The notes: generated from the sequence alone by a model not told the origin. Counted from the first letter of the whole stretch, positions 26,423 to 40,971 are shown. The stretch: DNA of 60,464 nt, filler included, from Vannella sp. (GCA_023345925.1; 5 parts of 5 records of this genome joined end to end with filler, not necessarily neighbours in it); one strand, 5' to 3'. Made by a program: numbers and translations.

Positions 26423-29400
26423 AGGAACTGGTCACGTTCTTGAGGCCAACACGTGCAATCCTTCCACTCTCATCGCCAATGGCATTGCTGTATTCTCTCA
26501 GTAAGGAAAGAACCTCTCTTCAGCTTCTCTCCTGACCATCTCCCGCAGGGAAGACGAGTTTCTGTGCGAGGCCTCCTCGAAGGACTCTGTCTCCGTCCTC
26601 GAGCAGCCAGCTCAGTGTCGAGACGCTCGTTACTCATTCACTCGGTGGTGCGGCGTGCAAGGCATGGAGTACTACATTCTGATCTCAACTGTCAAGGGAG
26701 GCTCGGGTCTTCTTCAGGTAGAGGCTGTGGATGAGCCTTGCGAGCGAGGTAAACCAATGCAGGACCTTTTGAGTGTTAGCTAACAAGAGAGTGCAGCGAT
26801 TCTTGATGGAAAGTGCGCCAGACCCTTCCCAATCGCCCTCAGCGAGGGCGAATCATTTGTCTTTGCTGATGATTTACGTTCTGATGTGGCCAATGCAGTT
26901 GCTTTACCGTCATGCGTGAAGAAGATTGGTGGACAGACTGTTACTTGGTTCTCGTGGACGGGAACTGGGCGGAGCGTGCTGTTGGACACCGACGGATCCG
27001 AGTTTGATACTCTTTTGGCTGTTTTCACGGGTTCTTGTTACGACCTGTCATGCGTTCGTTCTAGTGGTGAAGGATCATCGTTCCGCGTCTCGCTTGTCTT
27101 CTGCAGTGAAGAAGGAAGAGAGTATTTGATTGCCCTAGGAGGCTTTGGATCAACTGTTGGAGCCTTCAAACTTCGTATGGAAGATCTGAATGATTGCCTT
27201 CAAGCTCCCAATCCCCAAATTGCAAGCAAAAGGGAGCCTATGACCTCCCATCAGGTAGGAGACTTGACTTTACTGCCAAGCTTCGTGGTGGATTTGCTCC
27301 CTTGTCTCTCTGATTCACGTTTTGCCAAAGGTGCCTGGTATCGCTTCTTTGGCAACGGCTTGATGACAACAATCAGTTCTTGTGGATCTTGTAGCCCAGT
27401 GGACTTGCATGTTTATGAAGTGCTCGAAGGGAGCTCTCTCCGCTGCGTTTCTCGTCCTGAAGAAGAAAAGAGCTTGGTTCAGTGTGAAGAAAGCCTCTCA
27501 AGTTGTGAACGGAGCATTTTCAAATCTTCTCCTGCTATTACTTTTTGCAGCAATCCGGAATCTCAATACTATCTGGCAGTAGTTGGGTCTGCAGCAAACG
27601 CTTCTCACTTTGTTGCCACTCTTGATTCTGAGGGCCCATGCTTACCAAATGATGATCCATATTTTGCCACTCCTGTGTCTGTTGGAATTCCCTTTACCAT
27701 GAGCACCCAATTCGGGTTCACTTCTGTTGCTGATCTTCAATGTGACTTGTTCACTGATGGTTTTGGCAGTGCCTGGTATCAGATATCTGGAACTGGAGGC
27801 CTACTCTCTGCAGCTGTGTCTACTACTTCGCAGTTGACAATGCTAATTTTCGCTGTTACTGAGGGTTCGATCACTGAATGCACTGCTGGTGGCCAGATCT
27901 TGGATGGTTCTCTGGATTTCTGTACTGAGATGGGGCGCACTTATTTGATCTCTTTGGGTGGTCAAAGTGGAGGAGTTCGGGCATCAATAACTTTCAATGA
28001 TGCGGGGGATTGTTCGAAACAGAATAACTCTATTTGTTCTCGAGCTACTCCCCTTGTCTTTTCAGCATCCCCGATCGTGGTAGAAGGTGATGTTATCAAT
28101 TCTTCTGGAGAATCTGGTCTATTTCAATGCGGAGATGTCCGGTTCTCTCCTCCACACTACGCTTGGTACTCTTTCGTTGGTGAAGGCAATCTTGTTCATA
28201 TCTCTTCTTGCAAATCAGAGTTTGACACCATACTAGCAGTCTTCGAAGGTGGTTGTGGCTTTGGCTCCTGCGTCAAAAGCAATGATGATTCCACTGAGTG
28301 CTCACCAGGATCTCAAGTTGATTTCTGTGCCCTCACGAATGTCAAATACTATGTAGTGATTGCTGCAAAAAGCTCTCCAGGCTCTTTTGAGGTTGTCTTT
28401 GAAACCCAAGGGCCCTGCGATAGAGAAACTATTTGCCAGTCTGCTGAGCCATTGGAATTTGGAAGTTTGATGGTAGCCGTGACCAGCAATCCTTCCACTG
28501 TTGATTCTGTCACACAAGGTATTCCACAATGTGGTCAGATCCCACTGCGAAGCCAATGGTTTTCACCCCCTTCTCTTGATAGCAACAACCTTATCTCTAT
28601 TTCTGTGACTCAGAAATCTAATCAACCTGAAGTGACTTTAGTGACATTCACCTCTGACTGCACCTCAACTCAATGTGCCACTTCAATCTATTCCGCATCC
28701 AACAATTCAAATCAAATTGTCTGCACGAGCATTGGCAGCTATTTTATTGCAGCTTTGATCCCCGAGGATCGGAGTGAGTCATATCAGCTAACCACAAGAA
28801 CGATGATGGAATCTTGCGGGAGTGCCACTCTCACTAGTTCATGCGAGCAGGCCAATGTCATTAGTAGATTACCTCACGTCTCATTTGTCGAACCACTTCA
28901 ATCCGCCTCTTTCTTTGAACCTGTCTGCGGTTTTGCTTCTTCTTTTGCTCTTAACAGTGGAGTGCTTTTTGAAGGGCAAACTTGGTTCACTATCATCGGT
29001 TTTGGCGAACAAATCACTGCTACTACTTCCTACAACAACCACCAATCAAACATTTGGTTCAGCCTCTTTCGTGAGAGTTGCAGTTCAAGACAATGCGTTG
29101 CAACCGCAGTGAGAGTGATCTCTTGGTGTGCTTTGCGTAGTGAGCAGTATTTTGTTCGGGTGGGAAGTGTTGGTAAAGCTGATTATGAGCCTTTTGAAAT
29201 TCAATGGTCGACCGAAGATGTCTGTGCACCTCCTTCAGTCCAATCCATCTTCATAGCAGATCGATCAAAGAGTTCGCTCACTCTCCGTTGGGACCCACCA
29301 GAGTATTCTTATCCAATGACCTACACTGTAACTCTTTACTTTAATTCTTCGTTGGCACAATCGCAGGATGTCAACACCACAGAGGTCTCCTTCTTCGGTC

Positions 29401-32400
29401 TAGAAGGAAATCAGTATCAAGTTGGACTCGTAGCTCGTTCTGGCTTTGGAAAGAGTAATCTTACACGAGTAGATGTTACTATGTCGACTGGTGACTGCTA
29501 TTCTACTCTGATTAACGACTTGCGTGGCAATAGGAGGATTGAGGATAAGAATCTTGAAGTTCTTCGAGGAAATTTTTTCAAGCCACTTGCAAGTTCCGTA
29601 ATCCATTCTGTTGAGTTTGAGATCCCCTTGGATGTCGTGAATGTTTCTCCACTAATCCGGTTGTATCTTTTCGAGAGTCTGGATCGACCATTCGAGCGTC
29701 TCAACCGGATTAGAGTTGCGAGTGGGTTTGCTGATTCGCAGCTGATCCGTTTTGGGAATCTGCAATGGAAACTTTGCGGAAACCGCCAGTATGCAGTGAT
29801 GATCGATTTTGGTGGAAAGCTGTTCTCTTCCACTGTGGCAACTGTAGAAAGCTGTTTGGGCTCATTCCAAGGACTTTCGGTCAGCTCCAGAGTTTTGGGA
29901 GGCTTTCGCCGCAGCATTTGGTTCACAAATGACAGCGCTACGCAGATTTATCCAATGTCTATTGATACGAGCACACTTCCAGAACTGGATGGCCCAGAGG
30001 CTCCTGATATCATCAATGTGAACTATAGAATAGACTCCTTAATTGTGAGGTGGATCCCGCCCTGTTCAGATCTTCCGATTCAGTCGTATGAAGTTGCCAT
30101 TTCTCCACTTTTTGAGCCGATTACCAAGTCTCCAGGATCTCGCGAGCATGTCTTTTACTCATTGACTTTCGGACAAACATACGAGATTCGCGTGATTTCC
30201 ATCGACAGTGGAGGAACTAGAGCCAGTTCTAGCAGTTTTAGTATATTACCCCTTCCTGAGTTTGTTCAAAAGTGGTACACTCGTTCTGATCCTGAAAAGT
30301 CGATTGGTCGAAGCTATTTTGAAGATGGTTCTCTAGCCTCTGATGGATCTGCTGTCATGGTAGCCAGGTTTGACGGACGAGTTACGTTCGAATCGTATCA
30401 GTTTGAGGCACTGCGCCAGGCTGTTGACGGAGTTGTAATCAAGTACACTTCAGACAAAGAAATCATGTGGGCTGTTCACATCGGTAAAGGGGTTTCCGGC
30501 GCTCTCTGTGTATCCGTTACTGTTGACAGTATTGGAGACGTGTACGTGTTGGGCCAATTCAGAGGAGATCTTCAACTCGGAGACAGTGAACCAAGCTTTT
30601 CCTCCCTTTTCCCATCGAGTCAAAGCATCTTTTTGGCAAAGTATAATGGCATGAATGGCTCTCTCCTCTTTTCGAAGCATCTGGGTAATCCAGTCGGCTC
30701 GGACCAATTCGCTGGATCTGTCACTGTAGATTCTCAAGATCAAGTTATCATTTGTGGAGACTTTGATGTATCCAGCGCGCTACTTTTCTATGAGGATAAT
30801 GTTCGCATCGCTCCTTCAGCCTTCAGCAAAACCATCCACACTCTAGTGGCCAAGTGGGGAAAAAATGGGAACTTCATTAATGCCAAATCAATCGGAGGGA
30901 CAAAAGGGAAGACTACTCTTGGGCGCTCATCAGTAGGCTCTGACAGCCAAGGCAATATTTATCTTGCTGGAGACTATTCTGGCCAGATTATTACTGATAC
31001 AATCTCGCTCATTCGCGACGAAAAACACCACACTTTTGTGGCGAAATTCGATTCTCAGCTCACTTTGATTTGGATGTGTGAGTTCGGCTCTTCGTCTCTC
31101 GAGGGCAAGAGTGAGAGTACTTCGATTTCAGTTGATAGTGTGCGTGGTGTAGTTGCCATCGGAGGTCATTATCAAGGAGTTTCTCAAAAGCTGTTCTCTT
31201 CCGATAATCAAGAAACTCCTATTCTAACGAAAGGAACCACATCTGGTGGCTCGATAGTAGTCTTATCTACAAGTAATGGCACACTTCGATGGAGTTCTGA
31301 ACTGCTGGCGTCAGTAGATGCAACAATCACTAGTCTCGCTTTTACTCCAGAGGGATACCTCATTGGGGTGGGCTATTACACCACGACGATTCCCTCAAGT
31401 TATAGCTTCTTCGAAACAAGTGGATTGCTCGACTCGGTTGAACCCTCTGCGTTCCTTATGAACTTTGACAGTAACTTTGGTTTCATCCGTTGGATTAACT
31501 TTTTGGGATCTTCGTCTGAGGTACAGAAAGCAACATCTGTGAGCGTTCAAGGAACCAGCCTTCTTGCGGTCGGCTATTTCTATGGAAGCGTTATTGTGGA
31601 CTGTGATCTGACTTTACTTTCAGACGGCTTTTCCGCATTTGCTCTTTATAGTACTTCTCCACTTCTTACAAACTACATGCTGGCTCCACCCCCTGCATCA
31701 GATGATAGCAGTGCGTGTACTTTTGAGTATCATGAGCTATTGGGATCCATCACATTCCCAAAGGACAGTTTTAAATCGTACCCAAATCAGATCAATTGTA
31801 CCTGGCTTATACAACTGGAAGACGTTCCCCATTTAATGGGCTACTTCGATGAATTCTCCCTCGCAGATCCTAATGACATTCTCTCAATTCATGATGGACC
31901 ATCTTTATCTGATCCCATAATCAACTACTACGACGGCACTACAACTTTGGTCAGAGACGGCGTCCGTGAAAGTTATGACGATCCTAGTGGCCGAATTTTA
32001 GTCAAATCTACTGGCTCGTCAATTCTTCTTCACTTCCAATCAAATGAATGCAGCCGAGGAGCTGGATTCTCATTCCGATGGGAAGCTTCCCGTAATGCTG
32101 CCTACTGCAACAATGATTTCCCCCAGTATTTGACCCAAGAAAGTGGATTGGTATCTCAGCGGATCAAGGGTGGTTACAGAAATAACGCTGACTGTTTGTT
32201 TTATATTCAACCAACTAGCAGTAGGTTTGTCATTCTAGAGATGACTATTTTTGATCTTGATTCCAACGACTTTGTGGAGATATGGGACGAAACAACCAAG
32301 TCACTGCTGACAAGAGTAAACGGAACATTTTCGGGGACCAAGTCAAGACCCTCCTTACAGTCATTTGGAAATAGTGTCAAGCTTCGTTTTGTTTCGGATT

Positions 32401-34883
32401 CAAACAGGTTTGACGAAGGCTTTGTGGTGACATATCGAGGAGCAGATGTAAATCCGTATTGCCTACCAAATCAAGTCGAAACTCTTGAAACTGGCATAAT
32501 TCAGTCTCAAGTAGGACCCAAGTATGGGCCTATTTCTGAGTGCTCTTGGGATATCTCTCTTTCCCAAAACGTTGACAGTATCTATCTATTCTTTGGAGAT
32601 GATTTCAATGTCAAAAAGCCTGGACAAGTCACTTTATCATTGGATCGCCAGACAACAACAGGGCTGCTTCGAGAAATCGTTCCTGTTCAACTGAATAACT
32701 CAATTTTTATCTCCCAATCTAATCAAATGAGAGTAGATTTTTCTGCTGCTCTTACTCAGGCGAGAGGATTTAATGCAACCTATTGCGCTCATTCTGAGCC
32801 ACAGTGTAGTTCTACTCAGTTAACTCATGACACAGCATCCTTCAATAATCACTTCTGTGGTCTATATTATGAGTCAAATAGTTCGTGCGAGTGGCTTTTC
32901 TCCCCAGATTCTCAAGAACAGATTTCTTATCTCATGATCACGTTTCCATTGGTAGATTTACTCAACACACCAGGATCGCCACCAACAGATGTGGTTCGGA
33001 TCTTAACAGGCAACAATGAAGATTTTACCGAAATTGGGAATCTTACCGAAGCCAAGAGTCCAAACTCTTCTACATTTGTTACAAAAGAGTCTTCTATCAA
33101 GGTTTCTTTCGAGTCTGATGCTTTCGGAATAGCAACGGGCTTCGAAGCAATCGCTTGTGCTTCTCTGGTGGACACTCGGACTGAGTGCCATGGTCTCGCC
33201 TCTTTAGATCAAGCAAATGGTACTTTTGACAACATTTTCTGTGGAACTATTTATGGGGCCAATGCCTCTTGCCTTTGGGAGACTCCGCCTGCTCAAGTTA
33301 AACTCGGAATGCTCATTTTTTATGGCATTAGTTTTGCTCCTGAGGAGTGGACTGGAAAAAGCTGGTCTGATAATCTCGTTCTTAGAACCAATGGTGTCGT
33401 AGCAAAAACATTCAATTATGGTGGTTCGCACGAAGGGAACACTCCATCACAAGACCAGCAAGTCGGTAGGACTATTGAAAGAGTGGAGATTTTCTCTTTC
33501 TCTCGCTCAACTGTATCTGTTTCATTCACCTCTGATGATGCTGGTTTTGCCTCTGGGTTTGAGGCAAAATATTGCCTCATGGATCAGGAAGATAAGCGTT
33601 TGTGTCCTGCTAGCGAGGTAATGAAGAGCAACTATGGTTCATTCAACAACCATGCATGTCAAGGATACTACCAACCAGATGCAGATTGCACTTGGATTAT
33701 CCGCTCTCGCCAACAGATGGACACACCAATGGATATTGTTCTTTTTATCAACAGTGCAGACTTTGCAAGTAGCGAAGGAAAGTTTCCAGATGGCATCGCA
33801 ATTTACTCCAGCCGACTCTTGTCAGAAGAGTTTTTGCTTGGGGCTTTTGATCGCACTTCAAAATATTATTCCGAGCAAAGCGATTTCCCTAAAACCTTCC
33901 TGGGAACCGACGAGATGGCCGTCCACTTTAAATCTGACGCGACAAACTTTGGAACTGGATTTGACGCTCAGTATTGTGTAATTCCGCGCCCTGCATTCTC
34001 TTGTGGAGGTAAAAAAATTATCACAAATGCTTCGGGTTTGATAAGAGATCATATCTGTGGTCCCACTTACTATGCTCCAATGGATTGTTCCTGGAAAATT
34101 GAGCCGGATGCCGCCTACCAATCTTCTTACATTATTCTGGTAATACGTTCCTTAGACATCAGGGCCGGAACGGTGCTGGAGATCACGACTAGCTCATTAG
34201 ATAAGAAGTCGTTTTCATCCGAGGATAATGCAGAAGGAATCTTTTTGCCTTTCACCTCAGCGAGTGTTGATTTGCGTTTCATCGTTGACAGTGCAGCCAT
34301 TTTAGGAAGCGGATGGGAGATAGAATACTACGCAACAAACAGCTTAGGCTTTTGTACTGGAGAACAGTCATTCTCTGATCCTCAAGGAGTGATATCTGAT
34401 CATACCTTCGGAAGCCTCTATCAAAACAATCAGTTGTGCAATTTCTTGATTTCTGTGCCTTCAGCAAAGACGCTGACGATCCGCTTTGACCACTTCATGT
34501 TGGAAGATGGCTTTGATTTTCTTGAGATTTATGATGGGCCAAGCTGGGATGCAGAGTTGATTGTTTACGAAACAGGAAATGTCGCTCCAAGAACTTTCAC
34601 TTCCAGCGGATCATCTGTTTACCTTACATTCCGCAGCGATGAAAGCATACAAAACACTGGCTTCCAACTCTTCTACTCTGATAGTTCACTTCTTGAATGC
34701 CCTCTTTACTGCTCTGGATATGGTGAGTGCACAAACGGTATCTGCCGTTGTGATAAGGAGCATTATGGTCTTGGATGTGAGATTGGAGAGGCTCCAGCGA
34801 TTCGCACAGCTCGTTTCAGTGATTCTCTGGACACTATCATTGCCATTTTTGACAAACCCTCGAACAGGAAGGGAATGTTTGGC
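26423..34883 (+). CDS. Giant extracellular mosaic protein (Cys-rich repeats, FN3, beta-propeller-like repeats, 8 CUB, EGF), truncated at both ends
   Basis: Repeats such as FDT(L/I)LAVFxGxC; FN3 SLTLRWDPP and SLIVRWIPP; DSQGNIYLAG-type propeller repeats; eight CUB units (Y.NN..C.W.I ... F.SD....GF); CSGYGECTNGICRC EGF; exon of about 8 kb. Confidence 0.85.
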
Positions 34884-34983
34884 NNNNNNNNNNNNNNNNN
34901 NNNNNNNNNNNNNNNNNNNNNNNNNNNTTAATTAATTAANNNNNNNNNNNNNNNNNNNNNNNNNNNNNNNNNNNNNNNNNNNN
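34884..34983. other. Artificial contig linker
   Basis: N44-TTAATTAATTAA-N44. Confidence 0.97.
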
Positions 34984-36385
34984 TGTCTTTGGTCGGTTTT
35001 TTCTCTCCATTGCGATGCTCGATAAGTCCAGATAGTTCCTCTCGGAGATAGTCTTTGATTGATCTCGAAGACATTTCAATGAGAACCAAAAGCTTTGCCC
35101 AAGTATATTCTGCGGTATTCCTCGCATGGTAGTACTTGTAAAGTCCTCCTAAGTAACGCAGATTGACTCCTCTGAAATGAAGAAAGTTGACCAAGTCGAA
35201 ATCTGATCTTTCGGATTCAGGTATCTTCATGTCTCCCAGTTCCCTGGCCAGCCTGGGTAGAAGTGTGGATCTCAAGTAGTCAGTTGCTGAAGTCACTGCA
35301 TCATCAATCCTCCCCTTAGCATTCACAGAAAAAGGATCTGTCTTGACCTTGTATATAAACTGAGTATGAGCGTCAGAGACAAGTGGCTCAGGCTTGTAAC
35401 TGCGAAGAAACTCGGGCCTCAGTAGCTTAAAAAGGTGATCAAGCGTCTCCGGTGGCGGCTCTGATGGAGGAAAGGTCCGGCTAAAATCTAAAAGAACAAG
35501 CGGTGTCTCCCTCTTCAACTCTTTGCCTTCAAACCCTGAAGGGCAGTGGACCTCCAAGTCAATGGGGAAATGAAACTCCTTAAGATTGGTAGTCGGATGC
35601 TTGTCGCCCTCGTTTACTCCAACCAAGTGAGTCCCCAAATTGAGCTTCGAAGCCAAAGCCTTCATCCTCTCGTTGACCATGGGAGAGTATTTGAGACCCT
35701 CAAATGTTCCATTGGGAGTACCATGAACCAGGGTCTTCTCTCCAATAGGTAACTTGGCTATTCCCAGCACACGGAACCCACAAAAGTCCACCAAAACCGT
35801 CATGGGGAAGATCAGATTGGGCTCCCTGCATTGATAGAGTTGGACGAGGCTACGTAGCTCATGTCCACTCACTTTGGAAGACTGAGCACGCTGCATCTGG
35901 TATTTGCCTATCTTGTTCGCCACAGCGAGCTTGAACACGATCCCTTGGGAGATGAATTTCTGTCCTCCTAGCTGGCCACCCATCTCATCCGGCTTCAACG
36001 TCTTCTCTTCAGTAGGGAGGCCAACTTCAGAGATGATTGTGCGGGCCACGGCCTCTGCAGTGGAGCGGAAGTCTTCTGAAAGGTTGACAAGGCGCTGTTG
36101 GGCGGTTCTTTGGTCTTCCAAGGAGGAGTTGGAATGGAGAGCTTGGATGCCTCCCGACACCTCTTGAAACAAAGCGCTCCAATCTGTGTCAGAGCCAACG
36201 ATGGGGGCGACAGGAGGCGCTGTGTCCACCCTCGCCAACTTTGTCTCCGCTGGCTCCTCCGCAGAAGTCCCAGAAGGTCTCAAACGCTTGTTACCTAAGG
36301 TTGGCATCCCATCTACAGCTGTAGACACACCAACGCCGGTGCTTCCTTCACTCTCTCCCACCTTTAAGTCCTCCTTCAAGGACAT
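34984..36385 (-). CDS. CLU (clustered mitochondria/Clueless)-domain protein, 3' truncated
   Basis: DFRSTAEAVARTII, GGQKFISQGIVFK, GHELRSL, PMTVLVDFCGFRV, LLDFSRTFPP, LLRPEFL, LHFRGVNLRYLG. Confidence 0.85.
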
Positions 36386-36438
36386 GGCGCTCTCGAGGGG
36401 TGGCCAAATGAATGAATGTGTCAGTCTGACGCAAAGAG

Positions 36439-39398
36439 ATGCCATTTTCAGGGTGGCTGGGGGAAGGAGCGATGGAGTTGATGCAGTCGATGTTCGACGG
36501 CGTCTCGTGGGCGCTCTTTCTCAACCCCTCTACGCTTAGTGGTTCGATTGATGTGATTGTTGTACAGTATCCGGATGGTACGATGAAGAGCACACCCTTC
36601 CATGTCCGCTTTGGCAAGCTACACTTGCTTTATTCCTCTGAGAAAGTGGTGCGTTGTCTCCCTGGCTCGTGAGAGTGTGTATTGATGAGGAGAAGGTTGA
36701 AATCACTGTCAATAATGAGCCTGTGGAGTTCAACATGAAGCTAGGAGCTGCTGGCGAAGCCTTCTTCTTGCGAGAGATCCCGGTAAGTCTTTGAAGCGTC
36801 CTTCGGCCCTGCGCCGACTGATCTTTCCGGGTTAGCCTGACGACGAAGGAACTATCCCAGAGTACCTTTCTACCTCGCCAATCTCGTCCCCCAGAGCCTC
36901 TCCCCGTCGCATATCCGCGGATGACCCAGCAAGCGGAGGCGAAGTTCTCCCCTCCCAAGTGGAGCAGATCCTCCAGGAGCACCCTGAAGCCGTAGCTCAA
37001 CTCATCGCACAAGAATCACAAGCAAATCCAGGTGCTCTTCCCACCGCCACAGAGGGAGAGCCAACCTTAGAGGCCGACGCTTCCTCAAAGAAGTGGAACT
37101 GGACCTGGGGCTGGGGCGCTCTTCCACGCATCCAATCACACGAGAAGGAGGAAGCAGCTCCTCCCACAAAGGACGCTGTGGAAGGGGAAGCGGAAAGTTG
37201 TCCGCCAATGGAAGCTCAAGAAGAGGCCACTATCACTGTGGACGACACAGGAGAGGGCAGCGTCAGCTCTCTCCTCAGTATCTTCAAGAGGAAGAAGCCT
37301 CAGTACCTTCCTACTACCGGGGAGCCGTTTGTGAACTATCTGGGGAAGCCAAACACCGTTCAAATGGAAGAGAGCGATGAAGAGGACCTCTTTGACCCTC
37401 TAGAAGAGCCAATGGGCGAAGGACACGAAGTCTTCTTTGACTTGGAAGACATCACAGAGGAGCCTCCTGCCTCAGACCCCCAAAGCGGCTACTTTACAGC
37501 ACCAAGCACTCCTTTCCGCGAAGAACCGGGCTCTCCTCGCGCTGCCTCTCAAGCAGTAGATATCCCTACTGAAGGGAAGTATCACACTATCTTCTCCCCC
37601 TTGAATGAGGAAGCCTCCTCGCCGCAAATGTCCCCTTTCCGGAATGAATTGGCCCGCTCCTTCTCCAGTGGAATCAAAGTGTCGAATCCAGCGGTTCCAA
37701 GACCGCCCCGCACTCTCAAGAAGAAGAAAAGACTCGGCAAAGCCACGGAAGTCACTGAGAAGACTCCAGAGCTGAGTGTGGCAAAATCTGTGCCTGCCAC
37801 ATCCTTTTTGAGCCAGGATGCTCCTCCTTCCCGCTCTTTAGACTCACAGAAACCCGTGTCGGAGCTCAATCATCAACAGAAACTCCTCCGTTCGATGTCC
37901 CGCGCACTCTTTGTCGATGATTCTCTTCCTATTGAGATCTCTTTGTGCTGTAAGGAGCTGTTTGAATCCTATTCGATGTCTCTGGAGGTGAGTTTGGCTG
38001 TCTGTTGGACTCTGTCTCATTCTTATTCGGTTTAGCGTGCCAATGAGATCTTTGATAAGGCCAAAGTGACTCATGAGAAGCTTTCTCAAGAGCCGGCTTT
38101 GCTTTCCCAAAGCCAAGACTTGGCGGTTCGCGTTCAAGGGCAGTACGTTGGACTGTAGTGAAAATGGGAGACTGACTGGGAGTAGAATATTCCCTTGGAG
38201 AGTGGCATTCCCCTCGATTATGAGCGCCTTATTGTTCAATCAGCCTTTGGAAGTAAGTGCCTTAAAGCAGTTGGCCGAGCAGGAGGTGAAAAGGCAAGAC
38301 AATAAGAAGGCGTGGATGAGTTGGCTCTATCCAAGTCGTTGGCGAAGAGCCTCGGTACCACCTGAGGGATTGTCCTTCCTTTCTGATGATGAGCAAAGCC
38401 CCTCTCGGTCCTTAACACAGCAAGATCTCATTTCAGAGGCGACTTCGCGGGCAGATCTGACCAAGAGTGCACCAGTCTCCCCCCTCCCATCACCACTTAA
38501 TACTCCCAAGTCACCTGCACTCAACACTGCCAAATCACCTCCGCCTGCTGACAAAAAGAGCCAAACCAAGGTGGCCGAGAAACCAGTGGCCGCCAAAGAA
38601 CCCCCAAAGAAGGACCAAACTTTCCGAAAGAGCTTGAGACCTACTTTCGAGCAACTCCAAGCGATGAAGTTGAATCCTGGCGCCAACTCAATCACCTTCT
38701 CCGTCAATACTGAGTTACGAGGGAGACAGACACTCGTGGCCACTGTGTATCTCTGGGACCACGACTCAAAGCTTGTTATCTCTGACATCGATGGCACAAT
38801 CACACGCTCCGATGCCCTTGGTCATGTACTTCCCATGTTAGGTCGAGATTGGTCCCATTCTGGCGTAGCAAAGCTGTTCAGCTCCATCCGAGAGAATGGA
38901 TATCACATCGTCTACTTGACTTCTCGCGCCATTGGACAGGCTCAAACAACGAGGAACTTTATCAACAACTTGCGCCAAGAAGGAGACTCTTACCTGCCCA
39001 AAGGGCCCGTCTTCATGTCACCAGATCGCCTTTTTTGGGCATTTAACCGCGAAATCATCCGCCGGAAACCGGAAGAATTCAAGATTGCTTGTCTCCAGGA
39101 TATTGCTAGGACCTTCCCGAAAGGAACGAATCCTTTTGACTCTGGTTATGGCAATCGAGTGACTGACTTGGTCGCTTACCAAGCTGCCGGAGTGCCTCCT
39201 GGAAGGGTGTTTATCATCAATCCGTCGGGGACTATCACCACACTCAATAAGACGTACAAGAAGACCTACGACAACATGGCACAGATGGTAAATGAGATGT
39301 ACCCGCCCACTCAGGAGTACAAGAAAGGAGTCAATTCGGACTACAACGACTGGAACTTCTGGAAGGTCCCTCTCCCAGAGCTTGAAGAGCTCAAGTAA
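36439..39398 (+). CDS. PAH1: Lipin / phosphatidate phosphatase (N-LIP + LNS2 HAD domain), multi-exon
   Basis: NPSTLSGSIDVIVV..STPFHVRFGKL; MKLGAAGEAFF; SDIDGTITRSDALG; YLTSRAIGQ; GYGNRVTD; start at 36439 or 36472. Confidence 0.94.
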
Positions 39399-39479
39399 GT
39401 GAGAACCACCTAAAAAACACCTTTTGAATGGTCTTTGTGATGCTCGCTGAGAAGCCAAACGGGGTGAAATGCTCATTTG

Positions 39480-40819
39480 ATGTTGGGCCGGCGAGCTTTG
39501 TCGTGGGTGGGAGCGCGGTGGGCATCAGGACATGCTGGACTGTTGGAAGAAGTGGTCCCTGCTAATGTGAAGTGGAAGCAGAGGTGGGACGAGGTACAAC
39601 GAAGCTTGAAAGACCAAGAGGCGGTCGCGGCGCAAGCTGGTCTGTACCAACCAGCGATCAACTGGTTTCCTGGGCACATGTACAAAGCCTCCAAAGAGAT
39701 GGAAGAGATGCTCTCCCAAAAGGACATCTCCTTGGTCCTGGAGATCCGAGACTCACGCGTATGTGTCCAGAACGCTCTCTTCTTCCTCTCCTGACCTTCG
39801 AGAAGATCCCCTTCTCTTCCTCGAACCCTATGATTGATAGAATGCTCAACGATTTGGGCAAAGAGCGCATCATCGTCCTAAACAAGTCCGATCTCAGCAA
39901 TCCCTTCCTTCAAAAGGTGCGAGGAGACGTTCAGGAGCTGATCTAACCCTCAAAGGGGGTAGAAGAGATGATGTTACAACAACCTCAGGTCCTAGATGTG
40001 GTCCATACGGACTGCAGGAACCTTAAGAGTGTGGAAGGCTTGCTCGACAGAAGTATTGACCTTGTAAGGAGGTCTGTAAAGCAACAAACGTACAAGATAT
40101 TCATCGTTGGCATGCCCAACGTCGGAAAATCCACTCTCATCAACACATTCAAACGAATTACCGGCTCAACGCCCCAACGCACCCCAAATGAGGAACAACA
40201 ACGGTTCTTGGAGAACTACAAGGAACGTTATGGGTCTCTCCCATTCACTCTTATGGACAACTCAATCGACGATATCACTCGTAAGAAGAGGGGAGCGAAG
40301 AAACAAAATGTCTTTGCGGTGGCAAAGACCGGAGCAAGAGCCGGTGTTACGAGAACTATCAGTCAATTCGTCATCTCCAAGCAAAACCCACGGATTCTGT
40401 GCATGGACTCGCCAGGGATTATGATTCCCAAGTTATATAACTCGGACCAGGCGCTGAGACTGGCAATAGCAGGAGTAAGACAGACTCCCTCTCGTTTGAG
40501 TCAAACTGATCCTTTATAGAGCTTACGAGATGAGCTTGTGGGAGAGGAACTAATTGGTGAATACCTCCTGTGGAACCTGAATGAGAACAAACAGTATCTC
40601 TACCGGAAACGATATGCTTTAGGTGCTCCCGATAGCCCCATCTCCTCATATGAAGCCCTCTTACGAGGAATCGGAAGATCTATTGGTGCGATTGGCAACA
40701 GAGGAGATATCTTCGATCGAACTCGCGCCGCAAAGAAGTTCATAACTGACTACCGAAGCGGGAAACTGGGCAAAATGACTCTGGATCCCCTTTCCCGTCC
40801 TCTGTCAGAGGAAATATAG
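39480..40819 (+). CDS. MTG1: Mitochondrial ribosome-assembly GTPase (RbgA/YlqF family, circularly permuted)
   Basis: Transit-like N-terminus; WFPGHM, EIRDSRIP, NKSDL, GMPNVGKST, DSPGI, YRSGKLGKMTLD. Confidence 0.88.
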
Positions 40820-40971
40820 TGTCCAAGTATCTCACATTGATCTTGCAACCTTACTTTCTCCCAATAACGCCTCTCATAAGAGGGTTCTGGGAAGCACTCA
40901 AAGGCACAGAAAAAGATTTTAGCAGTGTCTGCTAGCAAAGGGGGCATCATTCTTTCGTCGCCTGCTGTAGT

